Origin: Octopus sinensis
Lineage: Eukaryota
Assembly (NCBI RefSeq): GCF_006345805.1
Contig: NC_043014.1
Coordinates: 3,348,001-3,412,000, forward strand
Length of the DNA: 64,000 bases
Direction of reading: 5' to 3'
Below, piece by piece: positions 1 to 12,800 of this stretch (the stretch's first letter is position 1; each line of letters opens with the position of its first letter). The translations under genes and the position numbers were made by a program. The notes beneath the pieces were generated by a model that was given only the letters and a program-made list of their open reading frames with translations, did not search any database and had not been told where the DNA came from.

Positions 1-33
1 TTATTATTATTTATTTATTTATTTTTTTTGCAG

Positions 34-791
34 CCTACCCATTTGATATTTATTTTTCAAGCACCACCCCGCAGAAACTCCGTCTCCGTTTACTAAACAC
101 CGACAAGAAGATCTCAGTATCAGTCTACTACCAATTTCCAAATAGACAAGATGTCTTCGATTACACAAATACTTTTATTCTACCGAAAAACGCTTACATG
201 GACAATGACGAGATGAAATACAAGACGGTGAAAGAGTCAAACCGAAAGGCTTTTCTACCGACCACTGCTGATGCAGTGGCCACAAATTTCTTTGACCGTT
301 TGGAACAGAAAGTCTATGTCATAGTTGAAGGAGGGAAACCGGTAGATATTCGTGTCAACCCGATTGTAGTTGTTACATTCTCTTTCGGGGGAGTAAGTGA
401 GAGCGAATTCTTTGGAGAAAATCTGGTCAGAAACTTGGCACTTTTCCTCGGTATTTCCGCTAGTAAGGTGAGAATTGTAGATATTGTGAAAGAAGGTACA
501 GCCAGACGTAAGAAACGGGCTGTGTCCGGGGTGAAGGTCACCACGGAGATCGGGGATCAGCCGTCCAGTGAGAGTAATGTTACAAACTCCAGTGTTCCCA
601 CCAACAGTTCTTTGTCGTCTCAAAGTTTGCAGAACATCTCGTCGCAGTTAGTGAACAGCCGACAGTTGAGATCTTTGGATCAGCACCTTAATTACCAAAT
701 AGTCAGCATGGCGATGACCCCTCCTGTGGTTCCAGTCACTGACCCTAACTGGAGCAAGACGCAACAGACGAACTCTACTTACGCAGTCAAG
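34..791 (+). CDS. PKHD1L1: Fibrocystin-L (PKHD1L1-like) coding exon; upstream exons lie outside the window
   Basis: Acceptor tttttgcag at 31-33, donor aag|gtaaat at 792. Translation YPFDIYFSSTTPQKLRLRLLN...FLPT...NFFDRLEQKVYVIVEGGKPVDIRVNPIVVVTFSF...EFFGENLVRNLALFLGISASKVRIV...RRKKRAV...EIGDQP matches, from recall, the PKHD1L1 C-terminal region (YFTGTSPQNLRLMLLN...NLVKNLALFLKIPSDKIRI...RRKR). Ends in phase 0. Confidence 0.9.
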
Positions 792-816
792 GTAAATGAT
801 GATGATGATGATGATT

Positions 817-852
<36 letters not shown>

Positions 853-964
853 ATAATAATAATAATAATAATAATTATTATTATTATTATTATTATTATC
901 ATCATAATGATAATTAATAATAATGATGATTATTATAATAATGATGATGATGATGATGATGATG

Positions 965-1263
965 ACGGACTCCCCTGTCGAAGACGATGCATGAGTGTCC
1001 AGCACTTTTGCCCAACGACCTACACAAATGATTTGCTTATAGAGATCAAATGTTCATGCCGTACATTAGCTCCCCCTTCTCTCTCCCCGTCAAATCGACT
1101 TTGCATGAACAGGTGCACAAGTCTACCACGTGTCAGGTGTCGAAGTGATCGCAGAGCAAAGTGAGGTGAAATGTTTTGCTCAAGAACACAACGTGCCACC
1201 TGGTCTAGGAATTGAAACCACGATCTCGCGAGCGTGAAGGCAACACTTTAAACCACTAGGCCA
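965..1263 (-). mobile_element. tRNA-derived SINE (family E, head related to D)
   Basis: Minus-strand tggcctagtggtt...ggtttcaattcctagacc...gttgtgttcttgagcaa head. Confidence 0.65.
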
Positions 1264-1528
1264 GAAATTTGTGGGGAGGCGAATGGGGGGGGGGGCTAGT
1301 CGATTACATCGACCCCCAGTACTCAACTGGTACTTTTTTTATCGATCTCGAAAGGATGAAAAGCAAATACGACATCGGCGGAATCTGAACTCAAAAACGC
1401 GCAGACGGATGAAATGCCACTAAGTATTTTGTCCGGCATGCTGTGGATTCTGCTGTGGATTCTGCTAGCTCGATGCCTTCAATAACAACAACAAAAATAA
1501 TTGTTTCTAATTTAGTTACAAAGCTAAA

Positions 1529-1930
1529 GGCGCAGGAGTGGCTCTGTGGTAAGTAGCTGGCTAACCAACCACATGGTTCTGGGTTCAGTCCCACTGCGTG
1601 GAATCTTGGGCAAGTGTCTTCTGCTATAGCCCCGGGCCGACCAATGCCTTGTGAGTGGATTTGGTAGACGGAAACTGAAAGAAGCCTGTCGTATATACGT
1701 ATATATATATGTGTGTGTGTTTGTGTGTCTGCGTTTGTCCCCCTAGCATTGCTTGACAACCGATGCTGGTGTGTTTACGTCCCCGTTACTTAGCGGTTCG
1801 GCAAAAAAGAGACCGATAGAATAAGTACTGGGCTTACAAAGAATAAGTTCCGGGGTCGATTTGCTCGACTAAAGGCGGTGCTCCAGCGTGGCCGCAGTCA
1901 AATGACTGAAACAAGTAAAAGAGTAAAGAG
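1529..1930 (+). mobile_element. tRNA-derived SINE family A (about 400 bp)
   Basis: Head ggcgcaggagtggct.tgtggtaag (A-box-like) and gggttcagtccc (B-box-like), internal (TA/TG)n, tail (gagtaaa)n; near-identical copies occur elsewhere in the window. Confidence 0.9.
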
Positions 1931-2118
1931 TAAGGAGTAAAGCTGGTACTTGGTTGGTACTTTATCTTATCGACTCTGAAAGGATGAAAGGCAAAGCTTT
2001 CCTCAGTGGAATTTGAACTCATAACATAAAAACAGACGAAATACTGCTAAGCCTGTTGACCGATGTGCTAACGATTCTTCCAACAACCTCAATAAAATTT
2101 CTTTTACTTGTTTCGCAG

Positions 2119-2214
2119 GTACCAGACATAATGAAGCTGGTTATTAGCCCGAAGGTGTCCTACGAAGGTGGGGTATTTAATCAGGGGCCATGCCTTCAAT
2201 TCTTAGATACCTCG
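2119..2214 (+). CDS. PKHD1L1: Fibrocystin-L-like exon (VPDIMKLVISPKVSYEGGVFNQGPCLQFLDTS)
   Basis: tttcgcag| acceptor and tcg|gtgagt donor, 96 nt, phase 0/0; corresponds to the PKHD1L1 segment LLVITQP...GQPFPQQPSVKATDS. Confidence 0.85.
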
Positions 2215-2304
2215 GTGAGTATTTTCTTAAGAAGGTTCTCTGCTGAGATATTATATCCATGCAGACGTATATAAAAGGGTTTGTGATATGAATATGATGT
2301 ACAT

Positions 2305-2599
2305 TAGTGTGTGTGTGTATATATAAGAGAGAGAGAGAGTATGTATGCGTGTGTGTGTATGAGAGAGAGAGTATGTGTGTGTGTGTATGAGAGAGAGAGA
2401 GTATGTGTGAGTGTGTGAGTGTGTATAAGAGAGAGAGAGAGTATGTGTGTGAATGTGTGTGTGTGTGTATAAGAGAGAGAGTATGTGTGTGAGTGTGTGT
2501 GAGAGAGAGTATGTGAGTGTGTGTGTGTGTGTATGAGAGAGAGAGAGTATGTGTGAGTGTGTGTGTGTGTGTATAAGAGAGAGAGAGCATGTGTGTGAA

Positions 2600-2630
<31 letters not shown>

Positions 2631-2670
2631 TGTGTGTATAAGAGAGAGAATATATGTGTGTGTGTGTGTG
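2305..2670 (+). repeat. Compound (GT)n-(AG)n minisatellite
   Basis: Repeating gtgtgtgtat(a/g)agagagagagtat units. Confidence 0.9.
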
Positions 2671-4716
2671 ATATTTTGTGAATGTGTATGTATACGGCTT
2701 TATCCGTACATGTAATTATACACGCATGACTTTCAAAAATATTTTTTTACATCCAGAATTATCAAAGCAATAGATATACCACCTGCATCAGTTGTTAGGT
2801 GTGAGGACATTGTTTTCTTCAAAAATTCCCTGCTTCCTGAAATTCGCTAGCACTATTCCTGATGTGTAGAAGCATTGTTTCCTCTCTTTGGCTTTTCTGT
2901 CTGTTTGTCTTTTACTTTGTGTACTCTGCGCATGTACTTTTGATTATGCTTCCTTAAGAACTATCTAAATATTCCGTCCGCACTCTAGCGGTGCCATGGT
3001 GACGAAATTTAAAGCAAAATTGAGCAACCATCTTAATTCTTTTAATGATAAGAATCTACCAAGCACTTCATTAGCTAGATTAATCTAAGAGTTGAAAGTA
3101 ACTAACATAAACCACTCCAGCTTTTGGTCCATTATACAGACAAACTTTCTTTATGTTGAGGATCGGGTAGCTGTAACTTATGTTCTATGAAGGCACTAAA
3201 AATTCTAAAATGCATATCAAGTCTAATAAATAAGCATAATGAGCTAATAATAAGATGCAGGCACCAAATCAATAGAACATTCTTAAAATTCTGTTTACCC
3301 AAACCATAAACGAATCAGGAATATGTAAGTAATAACACATACACATATATTTTATATTAAATGTATTTCTTTTCTTTCTGCATTTCCACCTCAAGTGATC
3401 CTTGGTTACAGTGACATAACATTAATTTATCTTTACTATCCAGCCACCTAAGCTTTATACTCCAATTCCTTTTCTCGGCTGTATACATCCTATGTTTTGC
3501 ACTACATTATACTGAATGTCTACTAAAGATTTTGTTCTGCAGTATCCATTACATACTTATTTAATTAATTTATGCAATATGTGTGTGTGTGTGTGTCTGT
3601 CTGTGTCTGTGTCTGTGTCGGTGTGTGTGTCTGTGTATCTGTGTGTGAGTGTGTGTGTGTGTGTACACATGAGCTAGTGTGGATTTATATATCTAGATAT
3701 TTGAGCAGGCGTATGTGCGAATGTGTGTATGTTTGTATATGTATATTTATGCATAGGAGTGTGTGTGTGTATATATATATGTGTGTGTGTGTGTATACAT
3801 TCATTTGTTTGCTTGTGTACATCTGTGTATGTATGTATGGGGAGAATTCACAAAAAAACAAAAGACGAAGACAGGTGGTGTAGAAAACAAACAGATGTAT
3901 TAGTATAACGCTCGGGAATTGAAAAAGTCTTTTACGTTTCGTGTGGTGTGAAGTTTGTCTATAGACTCCATACGTGACTAACCAACTTAATGGCTTTATT
4001 TTCGTTGAAGAAGACTAGTGGTTTGCATAATATATCTTAAAATTGCCTTCGTATATACCGATGTAATTTTTCTTTTCAGTTACGAGATCCTGAGATACTG
4101 GCCTAACTTCGGCCTCATAGATGACTGAGTCCATCAAATACACCTGATCGAGTGAGCAAGCTCCGGGGTCTCAACAGTTACTACTGGAAGTGGGCTCTTG
4201 ATGAGACCTGTGACTGACAACGTCCTTTGTATAGGGGAAGCAGCTGTATGACTGTTTTATCGAGAGCCTATTAAAAAATCTTCTTGCATATATGGTTCAC
4301 TGGAAAATGCTTATCTAATAAAGCCAGGAATTTCTTGTCTACGTCAATTTTAACATTTACAGAGAATTGGGAAACGAACCATATTATTTTCCTGGGCCTA
4401 TCTTTAGGTTTTTAGTTTTAATTGAAGGGTTGTAATATATCTTATCTTCGAAACCGTTGTTAGTTAAAGCATTCTTATAATCGGGGTTGCTTATTGAAAA
4501 GCATCATTTTAGCGTCCACTTTTTCATGCTTGCTTGGGCCAGGTGGCATTTGTGGAGTAAATTTTGTATGGCTGAATGCTTTTCCTGTCACTAAACTTCC
4601 TGTTTCCAAGTCAGTTATTTCTCAAAGAACAGGCATCTTTTCATAAAATAATTATTATCATTATTGTTGTTGTTGTTATTTATGTTATTGTTAATGTTAT
4701 TATTATTTTATTCCAG

Positions 4717-5091
4717 GGTAACCCATTAAACATCCTTGGAACTCTCGAAAATCCATGGCGCATTTCGGCCACTTTAGTAAAGGGCAAAGGTAGCCACGCC
4801 AACGCTGTCCTATCGGGAACGACCGAAGTTTCGCTGTATGATGGCTGGGCCAACTTTACAAATATTGCTATATCTCACAAAGGCTCTGACTATGGCCTTA
4901 CATTCCAAGTTAGTTATCCCTCTGATGCTGGAAAATTCGCTGCCAAAGTAGAACCATCACTAATCGTGCCAAAACGGCCACTTTCATTGATGATAACACC
5001 ATCACAGTTTGTTGCAGGGAAGAGTAAAAACTTGAATATAATTCTCATCGACATCATCACGAAGCTGACGATCCCTAATATAAAATGGAGG
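4717..5091 (+). CDS. PKHD1L1: Fibrocystin-L-like exon (GNPLNILGTLENPW...LSGTTEVSLYDGWANFTNIAISHKGSDYGLTF...IKWR)
   Basis: ttccag| acceptor and agg|gtgagt donor, 375 nt, phase 0/0; LSGTT..S..DGWANFTNI matches PKHD1L1 LSGNTTIPFSSCWANYTDL. Confidence 0.88.
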
Positions 5092-5199
5092 GTGAGTTTT
5101 GTTTTAGATTTATTTGCAAACACTACTAAAATAGCATTTTTAGCTTTTGTTTCTAATATTTACAGGTCTGGTGCCAGACATTTTATACCTTAGACCAAC

Positions 5200-5620
5200 C
5201 TACAATGTTTGTCCTCTTCACCAAGCTCTAAAATATGTACCCCCTTCTTGCCCGATAACATGTTCCCTTTTCTCACTACAATGTGCACCCACTTTTTTCA
5301 GCCTCCTTCTAGTTCTACAATGTACCCTTCTTTTTCCCAGTCTGCAATGTGCACCCTCTTCAGCCAACCCTACAATGCGCATCCCTTTCTCCTACCCCCT
5401 ATAACATCTTATCCCCACAATGTACGCCTCCTTCTCTCAGCCCTTTAATATGTGTTCCTTTCTCCCAGTTCAACAATGTTCCCTTCCATCTCCAACCCTT
5501 ACAATGTATTCCCCTTTCTAACTCTACATGTGCCCTCTTTTCCCTGTATTGTGCAGCCCATTCTCCCAACCTTGCAATATGTGCCCCATTTTCCCCAGCC
5601 CTACAATGTGTGTTTCTCCT
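5200..5620 (+). repeat. Degenerate ~25-35-bp minisatellite (cctacaatgtg...cccttt)
   Basis: About 14 recurrences of a (t/c)acaatgt-like core followed by pyrimidine runs. Confidence 0.7.
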
Positions 5621-5949
5621 GTTAGCCCTCCATCTCCAATTTTTTCCTCAACATCCACCCATCATCTTCATTATACCTGCTGGAAAATGATGTAAAAAGT
5701 TATATTTAATTTGTAAACAAGAATTAAATACTTTATTATCTCTGTTCTATATACATATATATATATATATATATATAGAAATATTAAAATTACTAAGTCT
5801 CTATAAAAGAGATTATGGCAGCGTTTACTGGAAATTAATTGTTATCGCCATATTAATATGGCATTCTTATAGATATAAGAATAATCGCTGCCATGGTCAG
5901 CTCCATGAGGCCACCGCCATCAAGATAGCTATTGATACACGATCTGTAT

Positions 5950-8039
5950 CCATTATAACCTTCGAACAAGGGAGGTCAGCCGCTTCACACTGCCAGTCCG
6001 ACAGCTACAGATGCGTTTCGGGGTATTGCCCCTTGTCAATGTAGCGCAGTCAGACCCGCAGGTGTCGCCACTGACGTCTCTGTTCGAAGGCTTATATTTA
6101 CCTAGTTTCAGTGGAATACATCCACTTGTTTTCAATAATAGAAATATTAAAATTATATGAATTTGTACTCGCATTACTACCCGTCGCTGATCGGGTAATT
6201 ACTTTTACTGTTTCTCAGGGTGAGTATTTTGTGTTTGAGTGATTGTAGGTATTGTTGTGTTGTTTGGGGTGTCAATTTTGTGGGGATTTGGAGTAGTAAT
6301 TGTTTCTTCATTTTCGATGAGTGTCTTGCAGATGTCCTTGGTTTGGGAGTTGGTTTATTCTTGGTTGTTGTTGTTGGTGTTGTTTCTGTTCTTGGTGCAG
6401 TTGGTGGTGTTGTTTGGTTGGTGAGGTTTGTTTTTTGTTGATTTTCTGTGATTAGTCCTGTTTGTACAAATTGTGGTGTGGGTAGTAAAGCTGGCTTTTT
6501 TGTTTTTTCCGGCTGCTGTTGTTGTTGCTGTTGTTTTCTTGCGGCATATTTGCAATCTTTTTTTAGGTGTTGCTCACTGCCGCATATGTAGCAACGTGGT
6601 CTTCTGCCATCGACGACCACATACAACTTGTGGTCTTCTGATACACATATCTGGGTGGGTATTTTCTTTATGTCATCTTGGTTTATGTGTAGTAGAAATT
6701 CTACTCTTTTTCCCACCCAGTTTTTGTGTTCCGTGACCGTAGTTTCTAAAATTGTGAAATCTTCCATTTTCACACATAAGGCCTTTACTAGCCATAGATT
6801 GTTCGCTATTTTTGAGACATTGTTTAAAGTGATCTTAGTCACTTTCTGTCCACGATAGCTTGGTATTAATGTCAGTTCATCTGAATGAAGAGTTAGCGTT
6901 GAGAAACATTTTGCTAACTCTTCAGTGTGGAAGACCACTTGTATGTGTGCGAACTTGTTCCACCAGGTCACATACTCTTTGTAGTTCCAGATGGGTTTCA
7001 AGCATTTTTCGATTTTGCTTGTGTTAGCCTTCTCTGGACTTTTTGTTTTCTTATTAATTATTTTATATATAATTGTTCTTTTTTTTTTCATTTTCTAATA
7101 TTTCTTGTGGTATATTTATTTTTACTATACCATCTACTTCCGTTATTAAAATGTTCGTGTCTTTTATTTGTTGTGCAGTACTGTTGTCTTTTTTCTTTTA
7201 TCGCCTCGGCGAAATTTGTTGTTGTTTTGTTAATGTTGTTGCTGGTGGTGATGTTGTTGGTTGCAGTTGGTAAAATCGGTGTATTTGGTTTGATTGTGCA
7301 AGTAGGAAGGGGTGGAAAATTACTTGCATAGTTTGTCCCTGTGTTCGAGCAGCTTTTGTCAATTTGGTGGTCACAGTCTTTTGTTTATTTCCTTCAGTTC
7401 TTGGTGTTGGAGGAAACAAGGTCTGAACAGAATTGTTGTTGTTGTTATTGTTGTTTTTGTTGTTGGTGTTGGCGGTGGTGTCAGTGGCAGAAGAGACAGC
7501 CGTGGCAGCAGATGTCGAAATGGTGGCGCAATTGTTATTATTCTTGTTGTCATTGTTATTGTTGTTGTTGTTGTTGGTAGTTGAGGTAGTGGATGAGGTG
7601 GCAGTGGTGGTGGTGGTGGAGGCGGTGGTGGTAGCAGTAGTAGTCTCGTTGTTGTTGTTGTTATTAGTGGTGGTGGTGACAGTGCTGTCATCGCAAGTGG
7701 TTGCAGCGTTCACTGCCACGTCATTTAGGTTTGCACTTTCCGTGCATGAGTTCTTTTGTTCTCCTAGCGTTTCCAGACTAGGAAAATGTTGGTCGATAAA
7801 GGAACGCGACCAGCGTTCTACAATACAATTTCTCGACATTTTCAAAATGTCGAGAAGAAAATTACACAAATTAAATAGGGTTGAATCTGCCCCTAGGGGC
7901 GAATTCCTCCCTTGGAAAAGCACTCAAACGAAAGTTGGGTGCCTTACACACCTTATTTACAAAAATGTACACAAAATATGGGCTATAAATAGTCAAAATA
8001 AACGATTACCTTCGGAGCCGAAGTGACAGCACGTCCGTA
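5950..8039 (-). mobile_element. 5' part of an L1/Tx1-like non-LTR retrotransposon (frameshifted ORF1 with CCHC knuckle; ORF2 endonuclease stub)
   Basis: ORFs 7923-7198 and 7091-6177; VVVDGRRPRCYICGSEQHLKKDC is a C-x2-C-x4-H-x4-C gag-like knuckle; a degenerate APE-type ETHL motif follows near 6010-6030; the 5' end abuts (GATA)n at about 8040. Confidence 0.65.
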
Positions 8040-8043
8040 GATG

Positions 8044-8268
<225 letters not shown>

Positions 8269-8568
8269 GTTTCTTTATTGGCCACACAGGGCTGCACACA
8301 GATGGGACAAGTTACAAGGTAGAGCTTTTCTTTTGGGGGATGAAAAAAACAAAAAACAAAAGAAAAAAAGGGGGTGGCGTAGGTTTTCGATCAAGAGGGA
8401 TCGTAAAAGGGAAGAAAAGAACAAAAAGAAATAAATAAAATAAAAATAAAAAGAATAAAAAGAAAAAAAGGAAAAGGAACAAAAGAAAAGAGAAATGAAA
8501 AAAGAAGAAAAAAGGGGAAAAAAAGGGGAAGAGGAAAAAAAACGATCAATAGGGATCGTGTAGGTAGA
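8269..8568 (-). mobile_element. 5'-truncated Tx1-like LINE 3' end within a (GATA/GACA)n array
   Basis: Shares ctgtgtgcagccctgtgtggcYaataaagaaac, aaaagctctaccttgtaa and the cgatccct/gatcg motifs with the 3' UTR of the RT-bearing element at 17838-18060; flanked on both sides by GATA repeats. Confidence 0.8.
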
Positions 8569-8593
8569 TAGATAGGTAGACAGACAGACAGAC

Positions 8594-8684
<91 letters not shown>

Positions 8685-8837
8685 CAGGTACGTAGATATG
8701 CATCTGTGTGGTGTGTGCGTGTATGTATTTGTTGGATAACTATCCGGAGAAAAAATATTCCCTATCAACGAAATCTGCAGTATTTCATGAACAACTGATG
8801 AAAATTTTCAGAAAACTTAAAAAAAATTTTGATGAAG

Positions 8838-9035
8838 AGCTAGTAGAAACGTTAGCACGCCGGGCGAAATGCTTAGTGGTATTTCGTCTGCGGTTACGTT
8901 CTGAGGTCGACTTTTCCCTTTCATCATAAATTAAGTACCAGTGAAACACTGGGGTTGATATAAGCGACTTAATCCGCTTGTCTGTCCTTGTTTGTCCTCT
9001 GTGTGTTTAGCCCCTTGTGGGTAGTAAAGAAATAG
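8838..9035 (+). mobile_element. SINE family B (about 230 bp; internally deleted copy)
   Basis: gagctagtagaaacgttagcacgccgggcgaaatgc head and ...ccccttgtgggtagtaaagaaat tail. Many further partial copies with the core gcctttcatcctttcggggtcgataaattaagtaccag occur window-wide (e.g. 1270-1480, 40780-41230, 46050-48000, 55500-55730, 63185-63400). Confidence 0.85.
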
Positions 9036-9831
9036 ATAGATTTTAAAGCAATCTTACATGGACCTCCAACTGTCAAATTAACTACTGTTGGGAACCACTG
9101 ATTTGGGCCCTTGTAAATCCAATATTAAAATTGACTTGGATATGAATCGAATCTTCGTTATATCTCAGAGGCAATATGTCTGAAAATAAAAAAAATTAAA
9201 AAATTGAAAAAAAAAAAGGAACGGAGAAATGACTGCAAAAAAAGAATTGTTTGGATTGGGCAGACGTCGGAGGTAAACACAGCCACCACCAGCACTACTA
9301 CCACCACTACCATGACCACCACCACAACTACAACCATTGCCACAACCACCACCACCACCAACATCAACAACAAAAGCCTTCATTGTATTGCCGAAGGTAA
9401 AAGAGAAGACATGTCAGCAATATCAAAGTATTCCACCCCACCCCCCCACCCCGACCCCAGCACCAGAGATTGGGGTTTACAAAAGATCCTGTATTAAAAT
9501 CTAAGTGGAAACCCTTCTTCTTCCCGACATGTTGCTGCTATTTCTAAATGTCTCGGCCAGACTCACGCAAACAACGCCGGGTTCCTAATTCTAGAGAGAA
9601 TCGGTCGTATTAAATGTATTTTGTTCTTTTGGTTGTTGTTGTTGTTGTTTGTTGTCGTCGTTGTCGTTGTTGTAGTTGTTGTTGTTGTTGTGTTGTTGTT
9701 GTTGTTGTTGTTGTTGTTGTCCAGCCCTCACGAAAGCCTAATCGAACAGGTCCATGATCGAAGATATCCAGTCGTGACCAACCCATCTTTTATTCAGTTA
9801 CGTTTATATAAAAATAACAGCCAAAAGAATT

Positions 9832-12800
9832 GTTGGTTGGTCGCCTGGTTGGCTGGTTTGTCGGCTGGACGTGGATCGGTTGGTCATGACTGGTTTGTCG
9901 TTTGGTTGCTGGCTGGCTGGTTTGTCGGTTGGTTGCTGGCTGCCTGGTTGGTCGGTGGGTCGTCTGGTTGGCTGGTTTGTCGGTTGGTTGCTGGCTGCCC
10001 GGTTGGTCGGTGGGTCACCTGGTTGGCTGGTTTGTCGGCTGGACGTGGATCGGTTGGTCATGACTGGTTTGTCGGTTGGTTGCTGGCTGGCTGGTTTGTC
10101 GGCTGGTTGCTGGTTGGCCGGTTGGTCGGTTGGTCGCCTGGTTGGCTGGTTTGTCGGTTGGTTGCTGGTTGGCCGGTTGGTCGGTGGGTCGCCTGGTTGG
10201 CTGGTTTGTCGGTTGGTCGCCTGGTTGGCTGGTTTGTCGGTTGGTCGGCTGGTTGGCCGGTTGGTCGGTTGGTCGCCTGGTTGGCTGGTTTGTCGGTTGG
10301 TCGGCTGGTTGGCCGGTTGGTCGGTTGGTCGCCTGGTTGGCTGGTTTGTCGGTTGTTCGGCTGGTTGGCCGGTTGGTCGGTTGGTCGCCTGGTTGGCTGG
10401 TTTGTCGGTTGGTCGGCTGTTGCCGGTTGGTCGGTTGGTCGCCTGGTTGGCTGGTTTGTCGGTTGGTCGGCTGGTTGGCCGGTTGGTCGGTTGGTCGCCT
10501 GGTTGGCTGGTTTGTCGGTTGGTTGCTGGCTGGCTGGTTGGTCGGCTGGTTGCTGGTTGGCCGGTTGGTCGGTTGGTCGCCTGGTTGGCTGGTTTGTCGG
10601 TTGGTTGCTGGCTGGCTGGTTGGTCGGCTGGTTGCTGGTTGGCCGGTTTGTCGGTTGGTCGCCTGGTTGGCTGGTTTGTCGGTTGGTTGCTGGCTGGCTG
10701 GTTTGTCGGTTGGTTGCTGGCTGGCTGGTTTGTCGGCTGGTTGCTGGTTGGCCGGTTGGTCGGTTGGTCGCCTGGTTGGCTGGTTTGTCGGCTGGACGTG
10801 GATCGGTTGGTCATGACTGGTTTGTCGTTTGGTTGCTGGCTGGCTGCCTGGTTTGTCGGCTGGTTGCTGGTTGGCCGGTTGGTCGGTTGGTCGCCTGGTT
10901 GGCTGGTTTGTCGGTTGGTTGCTGGCTGCCTGGTTGGTCGGTGGGTCGCCTGGTTGGCTGGTTTGTCGGCTGGACGTGGATCGGTTGGTCATGACTGGTT
11001 TGTCGGTTGGTTGCCGGCTGCCTGGTTGGTCGGTGGGTCGCCTGGTTGGCTGGTTTGTCGGTTGGTCGGCTGGTTGGCCGGTTGGTCGGTGGGTCGCCTG
11101 GTTGGCTGGTTTGTCGGTTGGTTGCGGCTGCCCGGTTGGTCGGTGGGTCACCTGGTTGGCTGGTTTGTCGGCTGGACGTGGATCGGTTGGTCATGACTGG
11201 TTTGTCGGTTGGTTGCCGGCTGCCTGGTTGGTCGGTGGGTCGCCTGGTTGGCTGGTTTGTCGGTTGGTCGGCTGGTTGGCCGGTTGGTCGGTTGGTCGCC
11301 TGGTTGGCTGGTTGTCGGTTGGTCGGCTGGTTGGCCGGTTGGTCGGTTGGTCGCCTGGTTGGCTGGTTTGTCGGTTGGTTGCTGGCTGGCTGGTTGGTCG
11401 GCTGGTTGCTGGTTGGCCGGTTTGTCGGTTGGTCGCCTGGTTGGCTGGTTTGTCGGTTGGTTGCTGGCTGCCTGGTTGGTCGGTGGGTCGCCTGGTTGGC
11501 TGGTTTGTCGGTTGGTTGCTGGCTGCCCGGTTGGTCGGTGGGTCACCTGGTTGGCTGGTTTGTCGGCTGGACGTGGATCGGTTGGTCATGACTGGTTTGT
11601 CGTTTGGTTGCTGGCTGGCTGGTTTGTCGGATGGTGATCGATTGGCTGGTTGGCTGGTTTGTCGGTTGGTTGCTGGCTGTCTGGTTGGTCGGTGGGTCGC
11701 CTGGTTGGCTGGTTTGTCGGATGGTGGTCGATTGGTTGGTTGCTGGCTGCCCGGTTGGTCGGTGGGTCGCCTGGTTGGCTGGTTTGTTGGATGGTGGTCG
11801 ATTGGCTGGTTGGCTGGTTTGTCGGTTGGTTGCTGGCTGCCTGGTTGGTCGGTGGGTCGCCTGGTTGGCTGGTTTGTCGGATGGTGGTCAATTGGTTGGT
11901 TGCTGGCTGCCCGGTTGGTCGGTGGGTCGCCTGGTTGGCTGGTTTGTTGGATGGTGGTCGATTGGCTGGTTGGCTGGTTTGTCGGTTGGTTGCTGGCTGC
12001 CTGGTTGGTCGGTGGGTCGCCTGGTTGGCTGGCTGGCTGGTTTGTCGGCTGGTTGCTGGTTGGCCGGTTGGTCGGTGGGTCGCCTGGTTGGCTGGTTTGT
12101 CGGCTGGACGTGGATCGGTTGGTCATGACTGGTTTGTCGGTTGGTTGCTGGCTGGCTGGTTTGTCGGCTGGTTGCTGGTTGGCCGGTTGGTCGGTTGGTC
12201 GCCTGGTTGGCTGGTTTGTCGGTTGGTTGCTGGCTGCACGGTTGGTCGGTGGGTCGCCTGGTTGGCTGGTTTGTCGGATGGTGATCGATTGGCTGGTTGG
12301 CTGGTTTGTCGGTTGGTTGCTGGCTGCCTGGTTGGTCGGTGGGTCGCCTGGTTGGCTGGTTTGTCGGATGGTGGTCGATTGGCTGGTTGGCTGGTTTGTT
12401 GGTTGCTGGCTACCTGGTTGGTCGGTGGGTCGTCTGGTTGGCTGGTTTGTCGGATGGTGGTCGATTGGTTGGTTGCTGGCTGCCCGGTTGGTCGGTGGGT
12501 CGCCTGGTTGGCTGGTTTGTTGGATGGTGGTCGATTGGCTGGTTGGCTGGTTTGTCGGTTGGTTGCTGGCTGCCTGGTTGGTCGGTGGGTCGCCTGGTTG
12601 GCTGGTTTGTCGGATGGTGGTCGATTGGCTGCTTGGCTGGTTTGTCGGTTGGTTGCTGGCTGCCTGGTTGGTCGGTGGGTCGCCTGGTTGGCTGGTGTGT
12701 CGGTTGGTTGCTGGCTGCCCGGTTGGTCGGTGGGTCGCCTGGTTGGCTGGTTTGTCGGATGGTGGTCGATTGGCTGGTTGGCTGGTTTGTCGGCTGCACG

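Noticed and set aside
792-917. Poly-Asp/Asn/Tyr C-terminus of ORF 198-917
   Set aside because: Read-through into intronic (GAT)n/(AAT)n after the donor at 792.
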